Assembly: GCA_001642005.1 (NCBI GenBank)
Contig: LWCA01000119.1
Coordinates: 1 to 50,690 of the forward strand
Direction: 5' to 3'
DNA from: Intoshia linei
Taxonomy: Eukaryota > Animalia > Orthonectida
DNA: 50,690 nucleotides
In this document: one piece after another, positions 26,301 to 40,100 of the stretch
Layout of the letters: each line of letters opens with the position of its first letter
Position numbering within the stretch: position 1 is the first letter of the stretch
Notes under the pieces: generated by a model
The model's input: only the letters and a program-made list of their open reading frames with translations
Databases searched by the model: none
Told to the model about the DNA's origin: nothing
Made by a program: the position numbers and the translations under genes

Positions 26301-27409
26301 TTTTAAAACTTTTAAAAAATTTTAACAAATTTAATTACATCAGTTTTATATATAATGGAATCAAGCATTTTCATTTCATTGATATTTCCTTTATGTGATG
26401 CAAATTTAAATTTCTCTGTTAAAATGAAAATTAATTCCTCGCTTTTTTCTATAAACAAAATTATAAAATATAGAATTGATAAATACAATGCATATGGTTG
26501 AAAATAAAAAAATAACACCAATTTAATATTTACAAACAGGTAATTTGGAAAGATTACGTTATGAAAATGTATTAACAAAACTTAGCGCATTTTTTATTTT
26601 TGATTGTCACAGGTAATTTAATGTAAATTGATTAATTTTCAAGATAAATTGATTTAGTGGAAAGGTATTGTTTTTATTATAATAATTATTATTTACTATT
26701 CAATCTTTTTTTTATAACACAATTTGACTCTAATTTTGGTATAAAATTGGAAATATGATTTAGTGTAATAATTTCTTTATTGTTCTTTACAATCTAAAAA
26801 ATTTTTAAATTTATCATTTAAATCCATACATTTTTGGGGGAAATTATAGGATCTATAAATATTTGATTTTCAACAGTATACATTTTAAAAAGATGCATAG
26901 TAGATTTCAATTCCTTCATTCGCCTTAGCCCAGATTTTTGATTGAATATTTTTTCGTGGTTTTCTATTAAACGTTGTTTTATATACGAGATAAATTTATG
27001 CAAATTCGATGCATCTTCTTCCAATTCCTTAAAGTTACTTTTCAATATGAAAAATTATTAATACCTTTAAAGTGGATTCAATCTGCATAAACATAGTTTT
27101 GTATTTTTCATCAATAGGTTCAATTGTTGTTTTTGCTCTCTTTATTTTTGAAATTTTTCTGTGCACAGAATTCAATTTTCCGTACATGACTGAAAACATG
27201 ATTGAATTTGAATAATCAGAAGAATTATTGGTTAAAACTAGACGCAAGTTTGAACTATTTACAAAATCTTTAGTAATCTTGTTTATAAAGGTGACAACAT
27301 TAAAATTTGGCTAAATATGAAATACAAAAATTAATATCATACAACACACCTGGAAGAGTGCCATAAGTGCTTCCTTGATTTTTTGATTACCGTCACCACT
27401 AAAATTCAT
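20390..27409 (-). CDS. EXOC5: Divergent exocyst complex component 5 (Sec10), multi-exon
   Basis: ATG at 27409. Exons align collinearly with recalled EXOC5 segments: FKFASHKGNINEMKML..IGYIDVYI (cf. FTSAQRRGEISRMRE..HCVDVYI); QISKIFFEKQTVIKRF; FRKYRSRYINFEI; RCINVSEKELIIANV..LPTSD; TAINICDYIKRK..VDDKNYTIF (cf. ACVKVCAYVRKQ..MDGKNVDT); GGQVAHCD..LSDLTNLL (cf. GGMLAICD..LHALCNLL). Some exon borders and the 3' end are tentative. Confidence 0.75.
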
Positions 27410-27501
27410 ATTTTATTTTAGATTTGTACTTTTAGATATTTACACAAATGAAAAACATAAAATGAAGATAAATTGTATTTACACATATTCTAATACATGT
27501 T

Positions 27502-30500
27502 TTAAAGTTTTAAATTTTTTTTATTGTGACTCTTTTTGAATTTTGGTTTTTGCTTTAAATTAAATTTACACTCCCATTGCTTAATATTTTTAGAATATAA
27601 TTCGATATTTAATCTTTTCCATATAAATCGTCCATATTTATCATTGGATATTTTTGAAGCTCGTTTAGATAATTTATTGGCTATTGATTTAAAAGTTTCA
27701 TATGTACAATCTTCAAATAATTTATCCATTATACGACTGCCACAAGGGCTTGTTGAAAGTTGAACAGATAATGTCTACATTTAATTTAATAATAAAAAAT
27801 ATTTGGAAACAAACCATTAATTTTTCATGAATACTCAATAAAATTTCCTTATTTGACGATTTCAATAAAACGTCAATTACTCTACTAGCCAAACCATTGT
27901 TGCACCATTTAACAAATAAATCGTTGCGTTCATTTATCAAAACGAGTGAAATTTTTTCACATTCTAGGTTTATTAAATTTTGTAAAATTATAGACCCATA
28001 ATAAGTTGCTTGTCGATTTTCCAGTATATCAGACTTGAAATTTTCTTTCAATTGATTTGGTCGTTTCATAGACAAAATATAATACAATAAATCCGAATTT
28101 ACTTCTTTACATTCGAATTCGTCCATTATTTTCTAAATTTTTTAAATATAACAAATCATAGTTTCTTTCGAACAAGTGTACTAGTATATACAGCATTATT
28201 AACTATACATTTACTATTTCTGTGGATTTCTTTGATTATAACAGTACATTTCAGTGACTGATGCCTTACCGGTGATTCTGTATATCGAAAATTTAACACG
28301 TAATTTAACTTTTAAGTCTAAATCATAAACCAGAGATCGGCAACCAGTGGCCCGCGGACCAAAAGTGGCAAACAGAATAATTTTGGTGACCCTTTGAGTA
28401 AATATGTAAATTATTTATTCTTCAACTTTTAAACACCGTCTAAAAAATTGGCTCATTATAATCATTTTAATACTGAATTTTCAAATCTTCCGGGATTTTA
28501 TTTTGTTAAATATACTAGAACCGTTTCTCTTTAATTAACATTGAAATATATAGTGATTAAATTTTCAAAAACAGGGTCCACGGAATTTTTTGATATAAAT
28601 AAGTGGCCCACCAGATGCAAAAGCTTACCCGGTCATAAATGAGCGCATATTAACATAATAAAAAGTTATACATTAAAACAGGGTAGTTCAAATACATGAA
28701 GAGTGAGGGTCAAAAAACAAATTTTACAAATTTCGCGGGTCCAACAATAAAAAATATAGTCCAAAAAGTTACAATTATTATTGTAAAAAACAAAAAGTAA
28801 GAAGATGAGAAAATTGGTACAGAAACACCTAATTATTTCTAAAAAATTTAAATTAATGCTAAGTAATGTGGTAATTATGGCATTTCTGTAAATCAATGCT
28901 TTAAAAAATATATTATTATACAATTTCGAGGGCCACGTTTTATACCACCCTGCATTAAAATCACCTCGGATCTTTTATGATTCACTAGACTATTTTATCT
29001 GAATTTTTAATTTCGATTACAATAGTAAATCTCAATGATTCATTACCATCACTAATCAAGGGTTAACCTGTATTTTTATAGATAACCTGAATAAATAAAT
29101 TAGTTAAATCCAATTCTTTTAAATCAAACAATTTTTGAGACATTGTAGATAAAAGTACAAAATTTTTATTGTCTAAAATAACTGAAATTTCAATTAATTT
29201 TAAAATTCTTTTAGTCTAAATTTTTAAATAATTTTTGATTAATTTGCAAAAATAACTTGTTTGGCATTTGCATATAAAATAAATCCCTTCAAAATATTAT
29301 GCATCAATTTATCCGATTGAAATACTTCAATTTCGTGTTTTATATAACTTTTATAAAACTTTGATTTCATTTTGTCAGTCATAATTTTGAACAAATTTTC
29401 AATTAAAATGGAACCAACTCGATCTGACATAATTTTTGAAAAACTAATTAATATTTTAAAAATTTGTAATAATATTTTTCAAATTTTAAGATAATACCCA
29501 ATTTTTCCAGATGAAATTGATTCTATAAAAGATTTCAACAATGTTATATTATTTTGAGTTTTAAACGAATTTGATAATAGAACGGTTTGAATTACTGGGT
29601 TGGCTACAGGGTTTATACAAAGTTCTAAAAAATGATAAATACACTATGAATATAATAGTACCGTCAATATTGGGTAAATTAAAGAGTCGAGCCGTAAACA
29701 CGTTTATTATCGATTCACTTTCCGAACTACATAAATTTGATGTTTTTTTTGTGGTTACATCTAGTCTTTTAAATGTATTCAAATTAATAATAAATTATAT
29801 ATTTAATTAGTACAATTGTAATTACTCTTTTTATATTTAATGGTATCTTTTCCGTGTAATAAATCTCGATTATAGTTAGAATTTGTTAAAATTTCGATAA
29901 ATGCACGAATAACGTGACTCATATAACAATGTAATACATTTTCTTCAATATCTTGCATAAAACTGGTGAATATTGTAATTATTAGATTTGTCAGTTCACT
30001 ATCGGCTAAACTAAACGTATAAAAAACAATCCAAGATTTTAATAATTAAAATTTAACATGAAAGGTGAAAAATATAACATAAATCTATTAAAACAAAAAA
30101 GTGTATTTTATGGGTTTCGATCATTTGGTCAATTTTCAAACAATTCCATGAGTATATATTTATCGCGTATTAACAATCACGGAATTGAGACTATCGAACT
30201 GAAAATGGGCGAATAACCCCATAAAATAAATTGCAATATAAACTACATGTATCATTGTCATCCATAGTTGTAACAACTCTTTTTATTAATGTTTGAGCAA
30301 CATGACTAGAGAACCTATGAGAAGAAAAGGATATCCAATCTTCTTTTACACAATTAATTAAGGAAATTACATGTTTTCTTGAAAAGTTGTAACAATTTAT
30401 AAAATTTTCAACAATTCTACTTATTGCTTGACTTTTACATATTAATAATAATTCTGTCGATAATTGTTCCGTTACATTATCAACAAATAAAGCCTCCAAC

Positions 30501-30580
30501 TCTTCTGATTCAATCTTTTCTTTTATTTGATGGTAGTAAGAAATTGTATTTTCAGGTAATTTATCACGTTGTTCCTTCAT
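27502..30580 (-). CDS. NOP9: Nucleolar protein 9 (PUF-like repeat rRNA-processing factor), multi-exon
   Basis: Starts MKEQRDKLPENTISYY..LFVDNV..SQAISRIVE. Repeated PUF-like motifs follow: HRFSSHVAQT, CYMSHVIR, DRVGSILIE, YYGSIILQ, NGLASRVID, NPCGSRIMD, DKYGRFIWKRLNIELY, then a basic C-terminus. Confidence 0.88.
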
Positions 30581-31153
30581 TTTCAAAATATAGTTATAAT
30601 TATTCGAAAATAAAAATGCTGCTATAGATATTTGAGCGATAAATAAACTATTCATTATTCAATGAGGTATCTCATCCTATCGCGAAATTAAAATCTCTCT
30701 TGTACAGTACAGTAGTAAAGCTCGTAAAAAAGTTTATTAATTAAAAAAATAATATAAACATACATACATATTTATGTTATTATTCTATATGCCCTAAAAT
30801 TTTTCAAAATAAATTAACAAATGTTTTTATGCTTTGCCTGTTTTCAAATTTGTATATGGTGAACTATTGAATAAAATGTATTGAGTTACATAGGAATCGT
30901 GTAATTATATGACGAACTAGATAATTTGTGAAATCACACTTGGAACAGAGTAGTTCGTTAAGTCTTAATTTATTTTTTTAAATAACTAATTCAAAAAAAA
31001 TAAATACAACGTAAACGCTTTTTTTATAAAAAATTGTGCCAATACCATTTGTTATGAAAATATCCGATTTACAGAGATTACTGTGCTATACTTAGTAGAG
31101 GGTTGACTGTATATGAAAAAATATGAACTTATTAACAAAATGATAGCCTAGTT

Positions 31154-32005
31154 CAGAGACCGCCAACCAGTGTCCCACAGAATAATTTTGATAGCCCTTT
31201 GGGTAAATATGTAAATTGTTTATTTTTCAACTTTTAAATACTTTTTTAATCATTTTCTACTATAATTGACTCATTATAATCATTTTAATCAAAGCCGTAT
31301 TAAGCCACTTCGTGGCTCTGGGCTAAGCAAAAAACTATTTCGAGCGAAGCGATAAAAAAAATTTAGGGACCCTTTTTAGAAGACAGGGCATACTGTTGGT
31401 TGGAGACATAGAGTATTATATCATTAAGTATTAATACAGTATTATGTAAAAGCATTAAAAGATATTATGTAGGTTTCTAGTAACTTTTATTTCTTTTACA
31501 TAACTTACTTACTAACTTGTTAATAAATAAACAAAGTTTACTTTTTTATTTGAAAATATGAACCATGCAGTCACAAAAAATTCTTGAAAATTCTTAATAA
31601 ATGTTGTTTTTTCACTTTTTTCTGAGAGAAATCAGATATGATATTATCAAAACTGATATCATTCAAAATATCATTCTCATTTGATTATTTAATTGACATT
31701 TTATTTATTAATATTATCATTTGAAACAGTTTTTATGTCAATATTATATGATGAACATTGTAGAATATATTTTAAATTAAATAATTTAACCAGAACTTTG
31801 ATTTTTTAAACTATTTTCTTTCTAGCTATTTGAATTCCCACACTTCAAAACTTATATAAACAATACAAATGTGAAGTTTTTTTTAATAAATTGGGGCCTC
31901 TTTTTCAAATAGAAATGTATCATATATAAATTTTCAAAGACAAGCTTGTATAATTTTTTGATATAAAAAAGTGGCCAACGAGTTGCAAAAGATTGCCGAT
32001 CCCTG
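31154..32005. mobile_element. MITE with a nested decayed copy of the hAT element seen at 34989
   Basis: Outer ends cagagaccgccaacc..gattgccgatccctg (family also at 28331 and 36163). The inner part, from ~31290 (aagccgtattaagccacttcgtggc), matches 34989-35600. Confidence 0.7.
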
Positions 32006-34069
32006 TCCCAGTTGATACTGTATTAACCCTTACTAGAGGATGCTAGTATTCTATATATGATCAAAATATTTCAATTATTAAATGCTAAATAATTATTATT
32101 TAATTTTTTAATTATAATTATTTGGTATAAATAATCAAATTTGAAAAATAAAAATTTCAAATGCTATAAACTTTTTAAAGTGAACAGATTAAATTTGGCT
32201 TTAATGTTTAGTTAAAAATAAGCAATAAAATATATTTAATTTATGACACTCAATTTCTGCAATGAAATAAAAATTGACAATGTTTACATTGCAATTAATT
32301 TGGTACCAATCGTGTTTTATAACAATCAAAATTTCACATGTCACTTTTTGTAAATAACTCAATAGTTCATTATTTAAGTTTGTACCGAATCCATGTCCAA
32401 CTCAAATACGGGGCGGGTCGCATCGTTTTAGTATTTTGAAAAATTTTTAAGCGGGCCGCATCATAAAAATTTTCCGATCATCATCTCTATAAATAATTAT
32501 ACATTATGTAGTACATGGGTTCTTAACCTGTGGCTGCCAAATTAGTTTTAAATGTTGTTTAGATATTTTAATATATAAATATTAACATACAAAAAACTAA
32601 ACAAAATATAACTATATATTTGTTATGGATTCACTAAAATAAATGATATTAACCCATATACTCCCAGACAAATTTTTCCAATTTTTTGGCTGCTATTTTT
32701 CCAAAAATTTGGGAAGTTAATACATACTTGCCTATTTCTTACCATATATAATTTTAGGTAATTACCAATTGTAGTTATTGAGTTATTTCACATTCCATAT
32801 GTTCACATTGGGAGAATAAGGCAAATAAAAGCGTGTATATATAAAACCGCATCGTAATATACCTAATTATTTCATCAAATTGTAGCCAATACATGAATTC
32901 ATCATATGGTGTTCATTAAATTCGGTTATCACAACTTTAATATAAAAAAATATGAAAAATTTTTTCAAATGTAAGTTTATCAAATTTTTGGGGTGCCAAA
33001 TAGAAAAAGGTTAAGAACTTATGATTCATAATACATTGTAGTATGAATCAAAATCATTATGTAATACACAATGTGTATTAGAAAGTTACGTCAATTTTAA
33101 GATTTTGTTCATATTTTATAGGCCGCCCCCTGACGTGACAAATGTGTCTTTAAAATATTTTAATTTGTGTATTAACATTGTGAAAAATTAAAAAAAAAAT
33201 TCTAGGAGCCATCGTTTACGTTTTATGTATATGTTACAGGCAGTTTGAAAATCCAAGCAATTTGAAAATTTGAATTATTAGTCACATTGCTATTTAGATT
33301 AATTATTAGATTAACTTAATTAATTAGAGTAAAATAACAGATTAAAAAATTAGAGATTAAAAATACACAAAATTAAATATAAATATACAATTGAATTGGA
33401 TAAAAAAATATTCTCTGGTGTGAACACCATGGAATATTTTGAATTTTTTTGTAAAATGGTTTGTCGTTAAAAAATTAATCTTAATATTTCAGTTTTAACT
33501 AAGGTCTGTAGTCTAAATAACTAAGTTAAACTAAGCTTTAGTTACTAAAGCTGACTCTAAATCTCACTCTCCAAATCTTAAATTAAGAAAATAATGAATG
33601 CGTTTAACCGATTTTATTAAATTGAGCTTTAGTTACCAAAGTTTGCTCTATAGACAATTTATCTTCACAAATATAATTTTCATATTGTCTGTAACATATA
33701 TAATGATCATTTATCATTAATCTATGTATTATTTTTGATGCTAGTAACATCAGTTAAAGTTAAATTACACGGTCCAACATTGCAAAAAGAAACTTAATGT
33801 AACTTGTATTAAAATAATCAACTAATTTTTGTGATTCTAAGGATATACATATTTTTATCATTGAAGATCTAAAGCCTGTGATATTTTAATTAGTAATTTT
33901 ACTATTCTATTAAATTTTTACCCACAAAAAAACATAGTGACATGTTTTACATGTAAATAAAGTTTTTATTACATCTTTTAATTAATTAAAGCGATAAGTG
34001 AACTTGATAATTGCATTCTGACGAAACATTTAAATAAGATTTAAACAAGATTTATACCAAAAATTATAA

Positions 34070-34650
34070 TGGATGGACTGATTCGACCGATTACAATAAA
34101 TTCTGTTTCATGTGTGGAATATATCTAACTAGGTCTAGTAAATTAATCTGTATTACAAAATGCATCAGTTTGACATTTAGTATTTTATATGAAAAGCTGG
34201 TTTAAAAACCAAATATGAACTAAAAAATTTAGTTTTTTCTACGGATCATTGAAATCGTGGAGATGTATTTTTAAAATTTTATGAAAAAAACTGATGCTGT
34301 TTATTCTATTAATATTGTGGGTATCATGAAAAAATTATTAATTCATCACAAAAATAAATATTTACCCTTAATCCTGAACAAAAAGATGTATTTAATGCAT
34401 TGGAAAATATTATTACATTTTATTTGAAAAAATGATGATTTGATAAAATACCAGGAAAAAAACTGTTTTTACAGATAAAAATGCATCATCTGTAATGTCA
34501 TTTGCATTTCTTTGCGTCAAATTGCGGTATATGGTCGGACGAAAAATGTTGAAAATTCCATAAAACTAAATGATGGATGAAAGGAGCTTTGGAAGATGTC
34601 GATAATTTAATATAATGTGTTATTTTGTTTGGTGGAGTTGTATAAAAAAT
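34070..34650 (+). pseudogene. Heavily decayed DNA transposase remnant (Chapaev3/CMC-like)
   Basis: Fragments read FCFMC, TLNPEQKDVFNALENII and KMH..HLHFFASNCGIWSDE..ENFH. These resemble the recalled 'LKIHFLHSHLDFFPENLGAVSDEHGERFHQD' transposase motif. Many stops and frameshifts. Confidence 0.45.
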
Positions 34651-34988
34651 AGATTTTAAATTTATCTAATTGTTACTTATTTTTATTAACATGTAAATAT
34701 TTTTAATTAACATGTAAATATTTTTAATTGATACATGCTTAATATAAATACATGTAATAATAACTGTAAGCATAGAAGATATAATATATGGAATTTATGT
34801 TTATCATTTGCATCATTGATAGTTAACAAGATTGATCTATGTGTAACCCGGAAAACATGATTGTACGTGTAATGTTAGTTAATCCAGAAAATTTTTATTT
34901 CATTTAGTTTGTCGATGTTGCGCCAATTCTAGAGATAATTAATTAAGGTAATTAAATAAATAATGAAATTTTTTTATACCGGTGTATA

Positions 34989-35697
34989 CAGAGCCGTCTT
35001 AAGCCACTTCGTGGCCCTGAGCTAAGGAAAGGGCCGGAGGCCCTTTAAAATTTTAAGCGAAGCGATAAAAAAAATTTAGGTCCCCTGTTTAGAAAACGGG
35101 ACCATTTCAAAATATCATTCTCAATTGACATTAAGGAGAGCGCATTCAAACGAGGTTGAGCTAAGCAATTTCGAAGTTCATTCTTAATTATTTTTAGTTT
35201 AGAAAAAGTTCTTTCACCTTTGCAATTTGCAACCATCATTGAAAGAAACATTCTCATGCAGATTTCAATATTAAAAAATAGTGATTCTAATTTATCACCT
35301 TTTATAATTATATACATAACAAAAATGTTATTGCTTGTTTTTCCCAATCAAAATAATGTTTAAATTGTTGACATTTTATTACTAAATCATTTTTTTCCAA
35401 ATCTTTGCTATAAGCTGCTGTAAGATTATCACATGAAGTATTCAACTCATCATTCGACATCACATTTAACATTTCACAGAACTTTGATTCTTTAAACTAT
35501 ATTTTTTTTAGCCATTTGAATTCCCACACTTCAAAACTTATAAACTGTTTCTTAAGATATAAATGTGAAGTATTTTTTAATAAATGTGGTGGCCTCTTTT
35601 TAAGATATAAATTTTAAGTACTTTTATTAATTTGGGGCCTTTTTAATGAGTGGCCCTGGGCTACAGCCCATATTTCCCATGCCTTAAAACGGCTCTG
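34989..35697 (-). mobile_element. Internally deleted hAT transposon retaining the C-terminal dimerisation domain
   Basis: TIRs cagagccgt.ttaag/cttaaaacggctctg; perfect 8-bp TSD ggtgtata (34981-34988, 35698-35705). ORF 35045-35347 has NCKGERTFSKLKIIKNELRNCLAQPRLNALSLMSIE (hATC). Confidence 0.92.
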
Positions 35698-37102
35698 GGT
35701 GTATAGGTATATGTTTACCCATCAATTTTATCATTTGTAAAAAACAATATTGATTGTAAATTAAATTTACCCTCAATTAAAACGAATCTCGATCTTCAAA
35801 TCAATATATTTTTTAAAGAGATGCATACTACGAGTAGTTCTCTTACATATAACGAAAGTTTCACTGAGTTTCTCTAAAATTTGTTGTACAGTGTCATCGG
35901 ACTTAACATATTTCGATAATTCGTTAATCAAAAGAGAACTTAGCGAAAATGTCGATTTTGATGCAGTTGAACAACTCAACATTGAAAAATTTAGTAGGAT
36001 GAAAACTCGAAAAAAAATATAAATTATTATAGACAGAAATATTTTTATGTTAATTATGTTAATAAACATAATATAAAAATTTAAATTTAAATACATTATA
36101 TACATTTGGCCTCTAATAATTATTTCGCCGCATTGGCTGAAAATCCAAGATCCACCATTGATCAGGGGTCGTCAACCAGTGGCCCACAGAATAAATTTTT
36201 TTATTTGAGTCAACTGGAATATAAGTTATCAAATTAATCATTTTTTTAATTATATAATTTAAAATTGTCCTTTTATGTTTTCTGGTCCTTAGTGCTTGCT
36301 CTCGAAAATTTTCGAGAAATTTAAATATTCTTAAATGTAAAATTATATTCGAAAATTCGAAATTCAAAAATTTCAAAAATGTAGTTTGTTATATGAATAC
36401 CAAATTTGGCCTGCAATTGAATTTTATCCGGTACGCGAATTACAAATTTATTACAAAATACACCGGTTATATGATATTACCGTAGATAGTATCTACATCA
36501 GGGTCGTCAATTTCTATTTTGTCTGGATCTACTGTTAGCTCTCTGTTGTTATAAAACAACAGCCAGTGTATTATATTTTACTGTACTTGGTATATTTCTA
36601 AATAATAATTTAACGACACAATAGATTGAAAAATAAAAATGAAAAACAATTGACAAGTTAAAAAAAATATAAAATTAATTTGCAGTTATATTTGGCTTGA
36701 AAATTGTTTATTAAACTGATCGAATATGCCACCCATATAAATAAGGCGGAGCAATAAACAAAAGAAAAATATCCAGACACAATAGCAAATTAAAATCGTG
36801 ATGTTGTTTGGTAATGATTGGCCAACAAAAAAAATTCTTTGAAATTGAATATACAGAAATAATTATGAAACATGCATTTAACTGCATAATAAAAAGAAAA
36901 CGTTTCAAATTGTGTATATTAAATGATACCAAATAAATCATAAAAATTACGTGCCTAATCACGTCTCGTTTACAAAAATTGGATTTGAGTGATTGAATAA
37001 TTTGAATATTTATATCTAAAAACTTGTAAATTGAATTTACATTAAAGGTAGTTTACTTGTTTTATTTGATAAACATGTAAAATTAGAATTGATTTACATG
37101 AA

Positions 37103-40100
37103 ATGTCAGATAAATTTACTCGTTTGAATATTTTTAATTCAACAAGTGTGTTTGACAATGGGAATACTGGTGATTATGAAACCAAATGTCAAAATTTGAA
37201 TGAAGAATCGGATATAAAATACGAACTGAATTCAACTCAAAAACAAAATCGTTGTAGTAAAATCCTCAATTCTATTGAATTAAAATCCTTGCAATTTGTA
37301 CCGAATAAAAAAAAGAAGTATTTTAAAATTTTTAATTTTATTAATTTTTCATCTCTATTGAAATTTTATATTAAATATGTAAAGTTTCATTTACCGTGAA
37401 ATTTAAATTTATGTGTGTAAATTATGCCTATCCAACTTGATAAAGTTGACAAACAAGGCGCAAGTAGATAAAAATTGATACCAGGTAATGAGAATCTAAA
37501 TTTCGAAATTTAAATTGAATTTATTAACATAATGTAAATTATCTTTAAATATTATTTTTGAATGATTTAACTGAATGACATGTTAAATTTTTATGACATG
37601 CAAGATCATAAAACTAGTTTTCACAAAGGTACTTATTAAATTTTAATTGATTAAATTTTTAGAATTTAAAATGACATGCTTTTCAAATTAAATTAAATCA
37701 TGACTAGAGTTTATGTAAACAAAAAATTAGTTCAAATCATAAATTTTGCACCAGCATCATCGACTATTCTAGTATTTGATTGTTTACTGTACTCTGTTAT
37801 ATAATTACGTGTGATTTTTTAATCTAAAAATTTAAGTTGTGTCTTAAATTTAAATTTTAAATTTACAATTTTATCAATGTAATTTACAATCTATAATAAA
37901 TTTTATTTCTTTTACAATCCTATTTATGGTTTAATTTTTGTATAAATTTAGGCAGTCTAATGATAGATTCAAAAATCAAGCGAAACATCGCCGTGAAAAG
38001 GAGAATATCGAGTACAATTTATTATCCAAGTTAATTCCATTGCCGTCCGCTATTACTAATCAATTAGACAAAGCTTCCATTATTAGACTTTCAACCTGTT
38101 TTCTTAAATTGAGAATGCTTTTTAATCATTCCGGTATTTTTTCCTTTTTTATATTTTATATTTTATCGTACATTACGATTCATAATCATTGCAAGTGTAA
38201 TCAATAAATTAAAACCATAAACCATGAAATATAATGATAATTTTTACATTCTATTAATTTATAACGGCAATTAGCTTTAAATTAATTATTTATTGTTTAA
38301 AGTAGTCCACTTCCGATCATTAATCCGACTTTGTTTACGTCTATTTATAAAATTAAATTTTAATTAAAATTAATCCAGTAATCGCATATTGTTGTCAGCA
38401 TTCAAGAATATTATATTATAGTTGACTTCTATTGTATCAGTTCCGGATTTCGGATTATAGATTCTAGATTCAGTATTTGACATTAATAAGATTAATCTTT
38501 TTAAAAGTCAAACTTTTAGGAAAATTTAAGAGTTTAATCTACATTCTTGTATGTAGTGTACGCTCCGTAATACTAGTCAGCATTTAGTTTCTGGTCCACG
38601 TAAGATATGGAAGATGTCAAGTCTGATGCAATTGATTTTTATTGCGTTTTTTGTTAATAAGGGTTAAAGTGTCATATGGATTTATTCAAAATGTATGTTT
38701 TACCAAATGCTAAATCAAATTTTACAATAGGTATTTGTAATGCGTATATACAATTTAGCACAAAGGCATTAAGTCTAATAGTAACTACGAATATCATTTT
38801 TTTCAATGTTTACAGCAGAGATGGGAAACTACGTCCTTATTGACGATTTGGTGCGGCCTTCTGAACAATTTGAATTATTTTAATTTATTATATGTTATTA
38901 ATTTTTGGTAAAATGGGATTTTTCAGAAAAAAGGTATTAGTAAAAGCGGTTCTTTTCGTTTGATTGTTAAAAGCGGATTGGTAAAATTAAGTTTTTTCTT
39001 TTATGATCAGATATAGGGAATTTTTTTATTTAAGGTTTGGTAAAATTTTGATTTTTTCTCATAGACTTTACTAAATTGAATAAAATATACTAAAAATGTA
39101 TCATTTACCCAATCATCTAAAATTTTTGTATTCACCCCTTAGAGTGACCAGTCACCCCATGAGAAGCACTGCTGTATTTGATAAATTTTTATTTAGAAAG
39201 CTGCGGTTTTATTAAATTTTTTTGGGACATTAGTGCGGTCTTCGAACAGTAAATGCTTCCCACTTCTGGTTTATAGTGTAGTTAAGTTTTCAATTTTACC
39301 AGTTCAGTATTTGGACTTCAAATTAAAAAAATGGATGAACAATGTTCATTGAACATGGTAGAGAGCCTGATTATTCTTCACGGCTCATGGTTTGGAAACC
39401 ACTACTCCAGAGGTCCGCACTTTTTTCATGGTGGACCCGTAATAAATTCTAAAATTTATCGCGAATCAATAAAGTGAAATTACTAGGCAAAATTAAAATA
39501 AAATTGCTAATAAATTGACCTTTAATTAGTAAAAATTTTTTCGGTATTTTGGAAACGATGCTCTACTCTATTAAAATCTATAAAAATGTATATATTGTAC
39601 AATGTACATATATTACGCATATCCATTACATATACCCTTATGAGGGTATAAAAATGAATTTAGTTTGGGCCGCGAAGAAATACATTTTAAATTTCGTACT
39701 TTTGGTGCCAAACATGAACCCAAACACTTCTCGATGGTAGAGAACTTAAATCGAAATACTATGATACCTAAGAGAATATACATCAAAATAAAAAAATTAA
39801 AATTATCAAAAAGTTATCTCTGATCTGGTTCTCATAAACTTACTGTAAAATAGATTAAGATTCAAATTATAGACGAAAATGGGTAACTAAACCATTATCG
39901 GTATTTTGATTTAACTTGAATTCAATCAAGTAAAAATCAAACCTTAATGTTCCGCCAGTATATCAAAAAATTCAAAGCTTAAATTTTTAATGCAATTCAT
40001 GTAAATTTATACACTCATAAATCACATTTAATTTATTAATTTTATTTATAATCAAAATTAAATAATATTATCTAATGACAATTTTCTTATAATGTCATCG

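Noticed and set aside
27536-30627. Plus-strand ORFs 27536-27763, 29571-29810 and 30424-30627
   Set aside because: They are antisense shadows of NOP9 exons.
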